Positions 44,158 through 54,408 of a stretch of DNA of 64,000 nt are shown piece after piece. The notes beneath the pieces were generated by a model. That model was not told where the DNA came from. It did not search any database and saw nothing but the letters and a program-made list of their open reading frames with translations. This DNA comes from Candidatus Heimdallarchaeota archaeon (lineage in GTDB: Archaea > Asgardarchaeota > Heimdallarchaeia > Hodarchaeales > Hodarchaeaceae). Location: positions 3,823,908-3,887,907 of the forward strand of contig CP070695.1 in assembly GCA_020353515.1 (NCBI GenBank). The letters are read 5' to 3'. The stretch's first letter is position 1. Each line of letters starts with the position of its first letter. The position numbers and the translations under genes were made by a program.

Positions 44158-44392
44158 TGATACTCAGATATTACTTGAGAAAATTCCAATTATAAGGAAT
44201 TCTAGAAAAAATTCAAAATCTTGGTTATTAAAAATAATAATGGGTTTGGATGTGGGTTTTTATGTTCGAAAAAAGAACAAACATACAAAATAAATAATCT
44301 TGAACCAATATAGAATGTTCAGAAATCAACAGTTTTGGACTATAAACAAAAATTTGATTCAATATCTGTAATAAAAGATAGAGTTGAAAGTT

Positions 44393-44896
44393 ATGGGAAA
44401 AACAGAAGAGAATTTAATGGCAGCATTTGCTGGTGAAAGTCAGGCAAATCGAAAATATCTTGCATATGCAAAAAAGGCAGAAAAGGATGGATTTCCTCAA
44501 GTAGGACGTCTTTTTCGTGCAGTTGCACATGCAGAAACCGTGCATGCACATAGTCATTTACATCTTTATGGTGGAATTAAAACGACTCTTGAAAATATTA
44601 AGGCAGCAATTGAAGGAGAACATTATGAATTTACTAAAATGTACCCTGAATTCTTGGAAGACGCCAAAGAGGAAACACAGAAGGCTGCAGAGCGAACTTT
44701 TGATTTCGCTAATCAAGTAGAGAAAATTCACCATGAATTATATTCACGAGCACTACAAGCGATTGAGGATGGAAAAGATCTCCCAGAAAAGACGATGTAT
44801 GTGTGTGAAGTCTGTGGCTATACCGTTGAGGATGGAATCCCAGACAAATGCCCTATTTGCAACACCTCCCACGAAAGATTTGTTAAGATAGAATAA
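44393..44896 (+). CDS. rbr: Rubrerythrin
   Basis: AFAGESQANRKY, AETVHA, EKIH, C-terminal CEVCG...CPIC rubredoxin site. Confidence 0.95.
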   Translation: MGKTEENLMAAFAGESQANRKYLAYAKKAEKDGFPQVGRLFRAVAHAETVHAHSHLHLYGGIKTTLENIKAAIEGEHYEFTKMYPEFLEDAKEETQKAAERTFDFANQVEKIHHELYSRALQAIEDGKDLPEKTMYVCEVCGYTVEDGIPDKCPICNTSHERFVKIE

Positions 44897-44948
44897 GAAT
44901 TTTCTATCCACTTCTATTCAATTTTTCATGAGATTAGGTGATAATGGA

Positions 44949-45512
44949 TTGACATTTGAGAATTTGGTTAAGAGAAGAAGAGCATATAGATCATTAGAAC
45001 CGGTCAAAATTACACAAGATCTAATTGAAGAAACAGCACGAGTAGCTCAATTAGCTCCTTCGTGCTTCAACAAACAACCATGGAGATATGTATTTGTTTA
45101 TGATAAAACAACTCTCACTAAATTGCAAACTGAAGGTCTTTCGAAAGGAAATCAGTGGGCAAAAGCTGCTAGTATGATCATTGCAGTATTTTCAAGAGTC
45201 GACATGGATTGTGTAATTGGTGATCGCCAGTATTATCTGTTTGATTCTGGTATGGCAACAGCAATAATGATTTTACACTTAACTGATCAAGGTTTAGTTG
45301 CGCATCCAATTGCAGGATTTGATCCAGTTAAAGTAAAGGAACTTTTGGAAATTCCTAATGAGATGCATCTGATAACCTTAATAATCGTTGGGAAAAAATC
45401 CAATACAATTCCAGACTTCTTCAAAGACTATCAAAAGAAAAGTGAAGTAACACGTCCTGAACGAAAATCACTAAATGAATTCATCTATTTAAATAAATAT
45501 ATTGAAAAATAA
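44949..45512 (+). CDS. Nitroreductase family protein
   Basis: RRAYRS, APSCFNKQPW, GLVAHPIAGFD; likely TTG start after GGTGA. Confidence 0.9.
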   Translation: MTFENLVKRRRAYRSLEPVKITQDLIEETARVAQLAPSCFNKQPWRYVFVYDKTTLTKLQTEGLSKGNQWAKAASMIIAVFSRVDMDCVIGDRQYYLFDSGMATAIMILHLTDQGLVAHPIAGFDPVKVKELLEIPNEMHLITLIIVGKKSNTIPDFFKDYQKKSEVTRPERKSLNEFIYLNKYIEK

Positions 45513-45885
45513 TTTTAATCATTCTTTCTTACTAATAATCAACAATATCGAAGTATTTTTTGGGGGCTCTACACCAAGGACAAACCCAATCATCGGGGAG
45601 CTCTTCAAAAGGAATACCTTGGGCTTCCTCGTCATAGGTATATCCACACATGCGACATTCCCAGATTGCCATTTTTTTACGCCTTAATATAAATTAGAAA
45701 TACTGTGATTAAAATTTTCGGATTGAAAATTTAGTTTTGAAAAAATTATCTACCTACCATCATTCTCATATAAGATGGATAGATAACGAAATTCATATTG
45801 AAAAAAATATATTGCTAAGAATTAATATCTAATCGGAGAGTACTTTGAATTTAATTAGAGAGACTCTGATATATGTGATGAGTAA

Positions 45886-46434
45886 ATGAAAATTACTACT
45901 TTATTAGACGTCTTTAAGAGAAAAAAACATCGCTTGATTAGTTTGGAATATGTCATTATCTGTCAAAATTCTGGACAACCAATCTATGCGAAATGTTGGG
46001 GAAATGTATGCGGGATGTTGGGAAAAAAAGATGAATTGATGACGGCATTTTTAGCTGCTTTGTCCACAATGCCAACGATGTTTGCAGAATCAGACAATCA
46101 ACTCCATAATATGAGTATTGGATCCTTAAAACTAATGTTTTGCCACACAGAATCACAAAATATTATATCTCTAGCATTTCCCGAAAATAATGTAAATGAG
46201 AACACAATGGAAATCATAGAAGCTCTTTTCGAAGATATTGAGCAATTTTTAAACAAAGATTATCAAGAAACTCCTTGGGATAGATTGAACGATCCAAAAG
46301 TCCAATTATTTGAAAAAGAACTGCTTAAGAAAGTCATACATCCTTGGTTTTATCGTATATTACCAAACACTAAAGAGAAACACGAAGTAAATTGTCCAAT
46401 ATGTATGCCAATGATTCTACAATCATGTTCCTAA
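45886..46434 (+). CDS. Longin-like domain protein with conserved Cys/His (paralog 1)
   Basis: YVII-x3-SGQPIY...DELMTAFLAAL...IGSLKLMF resembles the longin beta-beta-alpha-beta-beta pattern; C-terminal HEVNCPIC. Confidence 0.6.
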   Translation: MKITTLLDVFKRKKHRLISLEYVIICQNSGQPIYAKCWGNVCGMLGKKDELMTAFLAALSTMPTMFAESDNQLHNMSIGSLKLMFCHTESQNIISLAFPENNVNENTMEIIEALFEDIEQFLNKDYQETPWDRLNDPKVQLFEKELLKKVIHPWFYRILPNTKEKHEVNCPICMPMILQSCS

Positions 46435-46507
46435 ATATTTTCCCAAAAATGCTTTGAAGTAATCCTAACAACATTAATAAGATTGTATTAATTGACGTGA
46501 GGAATAT

Positions 46508-47605
46508 ATGAAACTCAAAACTGTTTTAAATATTTTTAAGAAAAAGAAAGAATCTAAGGGAGTTAATCTAGAGTACCTAATAATATATGAGGATTCTGGA
46601 CAGCCAATCTATTCCAGATGTTGGGGGACTGTGTGTGGATTGTTAGGAAAAAAAGATGAACTTTTAACCGCATTTTTAGCAGCTGTATCCACAATGCCAG
46701 GAATGTTTGCTGAATCAGACACTAAAGTTCATAGTATGGGAATTGGGTCTTTAAAATTGTTATTTTTCTATACAAAATCAGAAAATGTTATCTGTGCAGC
46801 GTTTAAAGAGGGAGAGATAAACAATGAAGCAATGGAAACTATTAATACCCTCTTCAATAGTATTTCCTATTTATTAGATGAGAAATACCAAGAAACACCC
46901 TGGGATCGATTAAATGATCCAAAAGTTCAAGCATTTGAAAAAGAACTCCTTTCAAAGATCATTTACCCTTGGTTTCATGTTGCCTCCCCAGCTGATGGCA
47001 GTTCACATGAAGATGATTGTCCTCTATGCCTGCCAACAATAACCACTAGTAATAAGGAGCTCCCTGTTTGGGGAAGAATCAAGAACAGTTATTCAACCAA
47101 GACACAAACATTGACAGAAGTTGAAACACAATATGGAACTCTAAAAATAGGTGATCCTGCTCCCAACTTCGTAGCGGAAACAGATGAGAATGAAACAATA
47201 ATACTTTCTGATTTTCAATACAGAAAGAATGTAGTACTCTTCTTTTACCCTAAAGCGAATACACCTGGATGTATAATTGAAGCACAAGGATTTCGTGATG
47301 CTTACAATGAGCTGAAAGATTTAGATGTAGAAGTCCTTGGGATTTCAGTTGATGATAAATCTGATCTAAAATCCTTTAGAAATGACCAACAATTAACATT
47401 CCCGCTAGTATCTGATCTAAAAAAGGAAATTACGACAAATTACGGTTGCTTAAACGATGAATGGGGAATGGCAAACCGATTAACCTTTTTAGTTGATAAA
47501 CAAGGAAAGATCAGGAATATTTGGAACTTGACAGGGAAGTATGCTCAAACAAAACTAGCACAGCACGCCCTTGCCATTAAACAATTCCTTTTAGAATTAG
47601 AATAA
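46508..47605 (+). CDS. Longin-like domain (paralog 2) fused to a C-terminal BCP/PrxQ peroxiredoxin
   Basis: The N-terminal ~180 aa are strongly similar to 45886-46434. From ~47141: LKIGDPAPNF, FFYPKANTPGCIIEA, VLGISVD, RLTFLVDKQG. Confidence 0.8.
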   Translation: MKLKTVLNIFKKKKESKGVNLEYLIIYEDSGQPIYSRCWGTVCGLLGKKDELLTAFLAAVSTMPGMFAESDTKVHSMGIGSLKLLFFYTKSENVICAAFKEGEINNEAMETINTLFNSISYLLDEKYQETPWDRLNDPKVQAFEKELLSKIIYPWFHVASPADGSSHEDDCPLCLPTITTSNKELPVWGRIKNSYSTKTQTLTEVETQYGTLKIGDPAPNFVAETDENETIILSDFQYRKNVVLFFYPKANTPGCIIEAQGFRDAYNELKDLDVEVLGISVDDKSDLKSFRNDQQLTFPLVSDLKKEITTNYGCLNDEWGMANRLTFLVDKQGKIRNIWNLTGKYAQTKLAQHALAIKQFLLELE

Positions 47606-47653
47606 ATAAGAATTTTTGAGGTTGTTTCTTCATAAACATCGGAGGTTTGAACT

Positions 47654-48637
47654 TTGGTAGGTTTAATTAGTGATTTTGATGTTATAGTTGTAGGAGGGGG
47701 TCCTGCTGGTCTTTCTGCAGGAATAATTTCCTCATTGAAGGGATTAGTCACAGCAGTTTTTGAAGGGGGAACATGGGGAGGATTATTAAGCACCATCTAC
47801 CCGAAAAAGAAAATCTATAATTATCCTGGGACGCCTCGTATACGTGCAGAACATCTCGTTTCAGAGTGGGTTCGTCAAGCTGCAGATCATGGAGTCCATC
47901 TCATAAAAGAGCGGGTAACTAGGATTTACAAGAACCTTCAGGTTGAAACTTCCGAAGATACAATCTATCAGGCAAAATCAGTTATCATTGCAACGGGAAT
48001 GAAACCTAATGAATTAGGGATCCCTGGTGAATCAAAACTCTCTAAAAAGGACAGAGGGGTATACCCTTACGTAACTGAACCTGAAATCTTTTATAACCGT
48101 CGTGTATTAGTTGTAGGTGGTGGAGACACCGCTATTGATGCGGTCATCGATCTAAACAAAATTGCTAAGAAAGTGTATCTAGCACACCGTCGAAGTGATT
48201 TCAGAGCTTCGGAATCAAACTTGGAACTGGTAAAAAAGGAAGAAATTGCCGAAATCCTAACAAATGTAACAATAAGAGAGATTCTTGGCCAACGTAAAGT
48301 AGAGGGAGTAATTCTAGAGAATGGTATCACCCATGAGAAAATAGAACTAAATGTTGAGAAAGTCATTCTCGCGGTAGGTTTAAAACCAAACACAGAGATT
48401 TTTGACAATCTAGGACTAGAATTTCAAGGAAAGTTCCTTAAAACTGATGAACTTCAGCGTACAAATATTGAAGGAGTCTTTGCAGCTGGAGATATTGTAA
48501 CTCCCTACCAGCTAGCTACATTGGCAGCTGCTCAAGGAGCCCTAGCAGCACATGGGGCTTATCTTTATATCCGTGATCCATACTGGAAACAGGAACACAT
48601 TAAAGCGAAATCTGATATTAAACGAGAGATTGTCTAA
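47654..48637 (+). CDS. TrxR-fold ferredoxin-NADP+ reductase (YumC-like; no CxxC)
   Basis: GGGPAG, IYPKKKIYNYPG, GGGDTA, HRR, AAGD; GVYPYV sits where TrxR has GVSYCATC. Confidence 0.75.
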   Translation: MVGLISDFDVIVVGGGPAGLSAGIISSLKGLVTAVFEGGTWGGLLSTIYPKKKIYNYPGTPRIRAEHLVSEWVRQAADHGVHLIKERVTRIYKNLQVETSEDTIYQAKSVIIATGMKPNELGIPGESKLSKKDRGVYPYVTEPEIFYNRRVLVVGGGDTAIDAVIDLNKIAKKVYLAHRRSDFRASESNLELVKKEEIAEILTNVTIREILGQRKVEGVILENGITHEKIELNVEKVILAVGLKPNTEIFDNLGLEFQGKFLKTDELQRTNIEGVFAAGDIVTPYQLATLAAAQGALAAHGAYLYIRDPYWKQEHIKAKSDIKREIV

Positions 48638-48679
48638 AGTATCTTTAAAGAAGTGAATTATCTGCGTCGAGGAAGAAAA

Positions 48680-50035
48680 ATGAAGGTTGTAGTTATTGGT
48701 GGTAACCCTGCAGGGTTAAGTGCTGCAAGTGCAATCCGTAGGATCCATTCTGATTGGGAAATTGATGTATACGAAAAAGACCAATATGTCTCCTATGGTG
48801 CATGCGGAATACCCTATTATGTCGCAGATGAGGTCAAGAATTTAGATCAATTAATTACACTTACAAAAGAAAAACTTGAAGAACATAGAAATATTCCAGT
48901 CCATTTATTTCATGAGGTTATTAAAGTCGACTTTGAAGCCAAAATGGTTTTAGTAAGGGATCTTAAGAGTCCTAAAGAGTTTAATAAACCATATGATCAT
49001 TTGATTATTGCTACTGGTGCTAAAGCTAAATCTGATCCGTGTTTAGACATTGATCACCCTCGAATTTTCAAAGTTCACACTTTAAATCACGCAGAGCATT
49101 TGAAATCATTTTTAGAGAATAATACAATTGATTCTGCAGTAATTATTGGGAGTGGTTATATAGGATTGGAGATGTTAGAATCTTACATAGCTCAAGGGAT
49201 AAAAGGAGAGCAAATCAGTGTTATCGGACCACGATTAATCTTTCGATCCCAAACCCAGAAATATGTGGAAGCAGAACTAAAAAATTATGGAGTGAATCTA
49301 ATTCTTCAAAAACGAGTTAAGAGAGTTGAACCTATTTCTGATACTCATTTGAAGGTAATTTTAGACGACGGACAAATTATTACAACAGATCTAATCCAAA
49401 TTTCGATAGGTGTGGTTCCAGCAACAGATATGTTCAAAAATACAAATCTTGAACTACTCCCCAATGGTGCCATTATTACAAATCAATTTATGCAAACTAA
49501 TATCCCAGATGTTTATGCAGCTGGCGATTGTGCCTCTTCTTATCATCAAATTCTAAAGAAAAATGTGTATATCCCTCTAGCTCCAGCAGCTAACAAGCAA
49601 GGCCGTATAGCAGGATCTTACATTGCTGGAAAGAAAGATTCCCCCTTTCCAGGTGTTGTAGGTACAGCTATCTATAAGGTACTTGATTTGTATTGTGCTA
49701 CAACAGGAATAACTCAAAAAGAAGCAAAACAACTAGGATATGATGCTCAGTTCATTAATATTGAAAGTATGGAAATTGCACATTATTATCCTGGAGCTAA
49801 AAAAATGTCCGTCTCACTTATTTTTGACGCAGAAAGTCATCTACTTTTAGGAGCGGAAATAACTGCTCCAAGTACATTAGGGGCAAAGAAAATTGATGTG
49901 TTTGCAACTGCACTTGCAGCAAAGATGCGTATAGACGACATTCAAAAGCTTGATCTTTCTTATGCTCCACCATTTGCTCCAGTATGGGATCCAATTTTAA
50001 TAGCTGCAAATGTTGCAAGGAAAAAATGTAGATAG
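48680..50035 (+). CDS. CoA-disulfide reductase / NADH oxidase family flavoprotein
   Basis: SYGACGIPY single-Cys active site, GSGYIGLE, YAAGDC, LSYAPPF. Confidence 0.9.
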   Translation: MKVVVIGGNPAGLSAASAIRRIHSDWEIDVYEKDQYVSYGACGIPYYVADEVKNLDQLITLTKEKLEEHRNIPVHLFHEVIKVDFEAKMVLVRDLKSPKEFNKPYDHLIIATGAKAKSDPCLDIDHPRIFKVHTLNHAEHLKSFLENNTIDSAVIIGSGYIGLEMLESYIAQGIKGEQISVIGPRLIFRSQTQKYVEAELKNYGVNLILQKRVKRVEPISDTHLKVILDDGQIITTDLIQISIGVVPATDMFKNTNLELLPNGAIITNQFMQTNIPDVYAAGDCASSYHQILKKNVYIPLAPAANKQGRIAGSYIAGKKDSPFPGVVGTAIYKVLDLYCATTGITQKEAKQLGYDAQFINIESMEIAHYYPGAKKMSVSLIFDAESHLLLGAEITAPSTLGAKKIDVFATALAAKMRIDDIQKLDLSYAPPFAPVWDPILIAANVARKKCR

Positions 50036-50059
50036 ATTCAATTTATTTGAGCCAGAACA

Positions 50060-50902
50060 TTAATCATTCGGCAAAAAATAATCTTTTTCTTCCTCAAATA
50101 ACTTAACTAATTTTCCTAGGACAGCTGACTCATCAGGGGAGATATGTTCATCTTGTTTTGATATTTCCTTAACAGCTGGGAGAAAATTATTCAGGAAATT
50201 TTCCCTTGTTATTCTTTCAGTTTCCCCTAATTTCCCAGAGTTACGAGCCACTGTGAAAGCTCTGTAAAAAAGCTCCTTGTTTTTCCCAAGGTTTTTGATT
50301 ATCTCTCTTTCTTCTTCAGATAATGTCCTTTTTTTGAGAACAGCCTCTTTAAACCCGTTTAAAACCTTATCAAAACCCCCAAGGCTTGGATGTAATTCAA
50401 CTATATAATGTAATATATTTCGAATATTGATTACCCGAATCGGATCATCCTCGATAATCGCATAAGAATAACCTTGAACTTCCATCATATGAAGAGCATA
50501 CGCCACTGTGTCAGTCTTTTTGAGAACAACAGGCGATTTTAACATTACTTCTCGAATTGGTTTTTCTAAATTTATAGGGATTTCATTGCATACTCTTCGA
50601 AGTAGAGATCGTTCAGTAAATATCCCTTCTATCGATTTTTCTGAACCTACAACAACTACTGAGCATTTCTGTTGATCAATCATCAACCTAACTACTTCTT
50701 TTACAGGCATATTATGGGGAACTTCGAGCGCTAGTGATTCGATTCCACCAACTTCTTCAAGAGAATCCTCTAATATCGCTTTTTCGATTCTAGAATCCGT
50801 TAGTGGTTTTCTCTTTCCAACCACTATATCGCTGTTACAATTGGAACAATAAAGGGATCCAGGTAGGTTCTCATGCCCACAAACAGTACATTTTATCATC
50901 AA
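50060..50902 (-). CDS. Zinc ribbon + CBS pair + helical (TerB-like) domain protein
   Basis: CTVCG...CSNC; GIFTERSLL CBS motif; C-terminal QDEHISPDE. Confidence 0.7.
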   Translation of the reverse strand: MMIKCTVCGHENLPGSLYCSNCNSDIVVGKRKPLTDSRIEKAILEDSLEEVGGIESLALEVPHNMPVKEVVRLMIDQQKCSVVVVGSEKSIEGIFTERSLLRRVCNEIPINLEKPIREVMLKSPVVLKKTDTVAYALHMMEVQGYSYAIIEDDPIRVINIRNILHYIVELHPSLGGFDKVLNGFKEAVLKKRTLSEEEREIIKNLGKNKELFYRAFTVARNSGKLGETERITRENFLNNFLPAVKEISKQDEHISPDESAVLGKLVKLFEEEKDYFLPND

Positions 50903-50931
50903 AGTTTCCTCTTAATGATTAGTTCTTTAAA

Positions 50932-51948
50932 CTAGGTAACAGTCCAAGTTTCTCCTTCATTTAGTAATTCTTGGATTGATTTGGTGCGATTCTTTTTAGC
51001 TTCTCTCATTGATTGGTCTAACATATCATCGTAGGTCTCTTTTTGTATTGCTCTAAATACACCAACCGGTTCAGGAAATTGAGGGTGACACATTCGTGAT
51101 AAAAAGAAGGCTAAAGTAGATTCTGTAGCGTATTCATCATGATGAAGTAAATCTTTTTCATTAAATCCTGCATCTTTAAATTTAATAACTTTTGGAGTTA
51201 AACCATGAAGAAAGATACCTTTTTCACGATCCCGACCGAAAACCATAGGTTCACCATGTTTAAGCTCCAAGATATTATCGTACCTCAATTCTTTATCTGT
51301 GGCATATTTAAACGTTCCATCGTTAAAAATCAGACAGTTTTGGTAGATTTCGATAAATGCAGTTCCCTTATGATCAGCAGCTCGTCGAAGAATCTCTCGC
51401 ATATGATCACCGTAGGAATAAACTGTTCTAGCAATGAATGTAGCCTCAGCACCAAGGGCCCATGAAATAGGATTTACTGCATAATCAAGAGATCCCGTTG
51501 GGGAAGATTTAGTTCGTTTTCCAAAAATTGAGGTGGGAGAGTATTGTCCTTTCGTTAAACCATAAATTTGATTGTTAAATAAGAGAATTTTAATGTTGAC
51601 ATTTCTCCTCATTGCATGCATCAAATGGTTTCCTCCAATACTTAATCCATCACCATCTCCCGTTATCACCCAGACAGAAAGATCAGGACGACTACATTTG
51701 AGTCCTGTAGCAATTGCTGGAGCCCTTCCATGAATAGTATTCATCCCATAGGTGTTCATATAATAGGGGAATCGTGAACTACAACCAATACCACTAATGA
51801 ATACAATATTCTCCTTAGGAATGTTTAACGTTGGTAAAGTTTTCTTAATATTGGCTAAAATACTGTAATCTCCACAACCAGGACACCAACGAACATCTAG
51901 ATCAGTCGCAAAGTCTTTTGGTGCCAAAACATGTTCAGACGTTTTCAT
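50932..51948 (-). CDS. 2-oxoacid:ferredoxin oxidoreductase beta subunit (two-subunit type)
   Basis: WCPGCGDY, SGIGCSSRFPYY, IHGR, GDGD, YGLTKGQYSPT. Confidence 0.92.
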   Translation of the reverse strand: MKTSEHVLAPKDFATDLDVRWCPGCGDYSILANIKKTLPTLNIPKENIVFISGIGCSSRFPYYMNTYGMNTIHGRAPAIATGLKCSRPDLSVWVITGDGDGLSIGGNHLMHAMRRNVNIKILLFNNQIYGLTKGQYSPTSIFGKRTKSSPTGSLDYAVNPISWALGAEATFIARTVYSYGDHMREILRRAADHKGTAFIEIYQNCLIFNDGTFKYATDKELRYDNILELKHGEPMVFGRDREKGIFLHGLTPKVIKFKDAGFNEKDLLHHDEYATESTLAFFLSRMCHPQFPEPVGVFRAIQKETYDDMLDQSMREAKKNRTKSIQELLNEGETWTVT

Positions 51949-51952
51949 AAAT

Positions 51953-53836
51953 TTATTCCACTCCTATAATAGTTGAAATTTTATTCTCGATCTCTCTTAC
52001 TTGGATTGGCCTTCCCTGCACCTTTGATAATCCAATAGTTGCAATTGAATAACGTGCTTGAACTAAAAATTGTAATTGTCCTAAGTTCATTTCAGGAATC
52101 AAGATCTTCTCATAAGACTGAATAATTTCCTCTAAATTCCGAGGGAATGGATTCAGGTACTTTAAATTCGCATTTGCAACACTAAAACCCTGTTTTCTCA
52201 TATTTTCTGCTGCTGTACGAGCTGTTCCATATGTAGAACCCCAACTCAGAACTAGCAACTTCCCATTTTTGGGACCCTCAACCTTTTGCCTTGGAATGTC
52301 GTTTGTGATTCTCTTAATCTTTTCAGCTCTTATTTTGACCATTTTCTCATGGTTCAAAGGATCATAACTAACATTACCCGTTTCATCCTCGTTCTCGAGT
52401 CCCCCAGTACGATACTCTAATCCTTTAGTGCCTGGGATCGCCCATGGCCTAACTAAATCCTCATTACGACTATAAGGTAAGAATTCCTCAGAATCTTTAA
52501 GGCCCTCGTTTGTAGGATGTTGCACTTCTATTTGTTGATATTGTGAGAGATTAGGAATTCTCCAAGGATCAATGTTATTTGCTACAAAACCATCACTAAG
52601 TATAATGACTGGAGTCATAAATTTGGTAGCAAGTCTCACGGCTTCGATCGCAGTCTCAAAACAGTCTCCAGGCGTTTGTGGAGCTATCACTGGTAAAGGA
52701 GACTCTCCATTTCGACTGAATAATGCTTGTAATAAATCTGCTTGTTCTGGTTTCGTTGGCATACCTGTACTAGGGCCTGCTCGCTGTACATTAATAACTA
52801 CAAGAGGAAGTTCAGTAATAACTGCAAGCCCTAATGCCTCAGTCATTAATGCAAATCCTGGCCCTGAGGTTCCTGCAACTCCAATAACTCCTCCAAATGA
52901 GGCGCCAATTGCTGAACCAATGGCGGCTATCTCATCCTCGGCTTGAAAAACTCGTATTCCAAATTCTTTGTGTTTAACTAACTCATGTAAGAGATCACTA
53001 GCTGGAGTAATTGGATAAGCGCCATAAAATAGTTCCTTTTTGGCGAGATTAGCTGCTGCAACTAATCCTAAACTCAGAGCTTCATTTCCTGAAATGTATT
53101 TGTAGAGTCCTGGCTCCATTTTTGCTGGAGGAACATGATATTGGATAGGAAAGAGTTCAGTGGTTTCTCCGAAATTATACCCTGCTTTTAATGTCTTAAT
53201 ATTCGCTTTTACAATAACAGGACGATGTTTGAATTTTTCTTTAATCCACTCAACAGTAGGGGTAAGGGGGCGATCAAAAAGCCAAGAAATCAACCCAAGT
53301 GCAAAAAAGTTTTTTGTCAAATTTACCTGTTTGAAAGTTAATCCCTCAGATTCCACCGCAGTCTGATTTAGTGTAGTAATGCTGACTGGATAGACACGAT
53401 AATTTCGTAAGGAATCATCCTCCAAAGGATTTTTTGTGTAACCAGCCTTTATTAGATTTTTATCAATGAAAGTATCTTGATTTACTATCAGGATTCCGTT
53501 TAGTTTTAAATCTAATAGATTGACTTTTAATGCAGCAGGATTCATCACAACAAGAGCATCAAGATCATCCCCAGGTGTTGAAATAATTTTTGACGAAAAA
53601 TGAATCTGAAAACCTGAAACACCAGCAAGTGTACCTGCGGGCGCTCGAATTTCTCCTGGAAAATCAGGAAAAGTTGAAATGTCATTGCCAAATATAACTG
53701 ATGCCGTGGTGAATTTTAAACCAGCTAATTGCATTCCATCTCCACTATCTCCTGCAAGTCGAATCACGACATGATCTAAAGTAGATACCTCTTTACTAGG
53801 AATGGTTTTCCTCTCCTCAGGGAGCATTTCTTCCAT
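51953..53836 (-). CDS. 2-oxoacid:ferredoxin oxidoreductase alpha subunit (gamma-alpha fused)
   Basis: AGDSGDGMQLAG, EIRAPAGT, YPITPAS, QAEDE, QRAGPSTG, EMNLGQ; GGTGA before ATG 53836. Confidence 0.92.
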   Translation of the reverse strand: MEEMLPEERKTIPSKEVSTLDHVVIRLAGDSGDGMQLAGLKFTTASVIFGNDISTFPDFPGEIRAPAGTLAGVSGFQIHFSSKIISTPGDDLDALVVMNPAALKVNLLDLKLNGILIVNQDTFIDKNLIKAGYTKNPLEDDSLRNYRVYPVSITTLNQTAVESEGLTFKQVNLTKNFFALGLISWLFDRPLTPTVEWIKEKFKHRPVIVKANIKTLKAGYNFGETTELFPIQYHVPPAKMEPGLYKYISGNEALSLGLVAAANLAKKELFYGAYPITPASDLLHELVKHKEFGIRVFQAEDEIAAIGSAIGASFGGVIGVAGTSGPGFALMTEALGLAVITELPLVVINVQRAGPSTGMPTKPEQADLLQALFSRNGESPLPVIAPQTPGDCFETAIEAVRLATKFMTPVIILSDGFVANNIDPWRIPNLSQYQQIEVQHPTNEGLKDSEEFLPYSRNEDLVRPWAIPGTKGLEYRTGGLENEDETGNVSYDPLNHEKMVKIRAEKIKRITNDIPRQKVEGPKNGKLLVLSWGSTYGTARTAAENMRKQGFSVANANLKYLNPFPRNLEEIIQSYEKILIPEMNLGQLQFLVQARYSIATIGLSKVQGRPIQVREIENKISTIIGVE

Positions 53837-53866
53837 AAAAGTCACCAATTTTCAATAATTCGCTGT

Positions 53867-54346
53867 TTAAGCTCCTTCTCTCTTTTTCTGGTCTGGTTGA
53901 TCTGGTATTAAAGTATAAATACTCTCAGCAAAGTAATCTACTAAATAAGACACAAAATCTCTAACTGAGACAACACCTTTCACTTTTCCATGGTCAGTGA
54001 TGGGCATATGCATGAAATTATTCTTACTCATTGTCATCACAAGTTTGGATATTGGTTCATTTCGTTCCATGCAACACTCTAATTCCGTTGTCATTATTGA
54101 AGCTACTGGAGCTTCCTCATCTAGGGTACTATTACTTACCCATCGCACAATACATTGTTCTGTTAGAATACCCTTGAATCTCCCTTGATCGTCCAAAATG
54201 CAAACGTAATCAATTTCTTTCTCCAGCATTGATATAATAGCATCTCGAATAGTTGCTGTTTCGGGCAAGACATTAAGCTGTTTTCGAATCAATCGTTCAC
54301 AACGATCCTTTCGGAACAGATTAAGAATTGAATCTCCATACTCCAA
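53867..54346 (-). CDS. CBS-pair protein
   Basis: GILTEQ, HMPI, GVVSVRD. Confidence 0.85.
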   Translation of the reverse strand: MEYGDSILNLFRKDRCERLIRKQLNVLPETATIRDAIISMLEKEIDYVCILDDQGRFKGILTEQCIVRWVSNSTLDEEAPVASIMTTELECCMERNEPISKLVMTMSKNNFMHMPITDHGKVKGVVSVRDFVSYLVDYFAESIYTLIPDQPDQKKREGA

Positions 54347-54408
54347 TATTTAATCACCTTCTAATTTAGTTCAAACTAAAACACTTATAGTCGTACTATT
54401 GATACCAA

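Noticed and set aside
45502-45687. 61-aa ORF after the nitroreductase
   Set aside because: Weak start context and no recognisable motif; I cannot support it as a gene.
47654-48637. Annotation as thioredoxin reductase trxB
   Set aside because: It lacks the redox-active CxxC.
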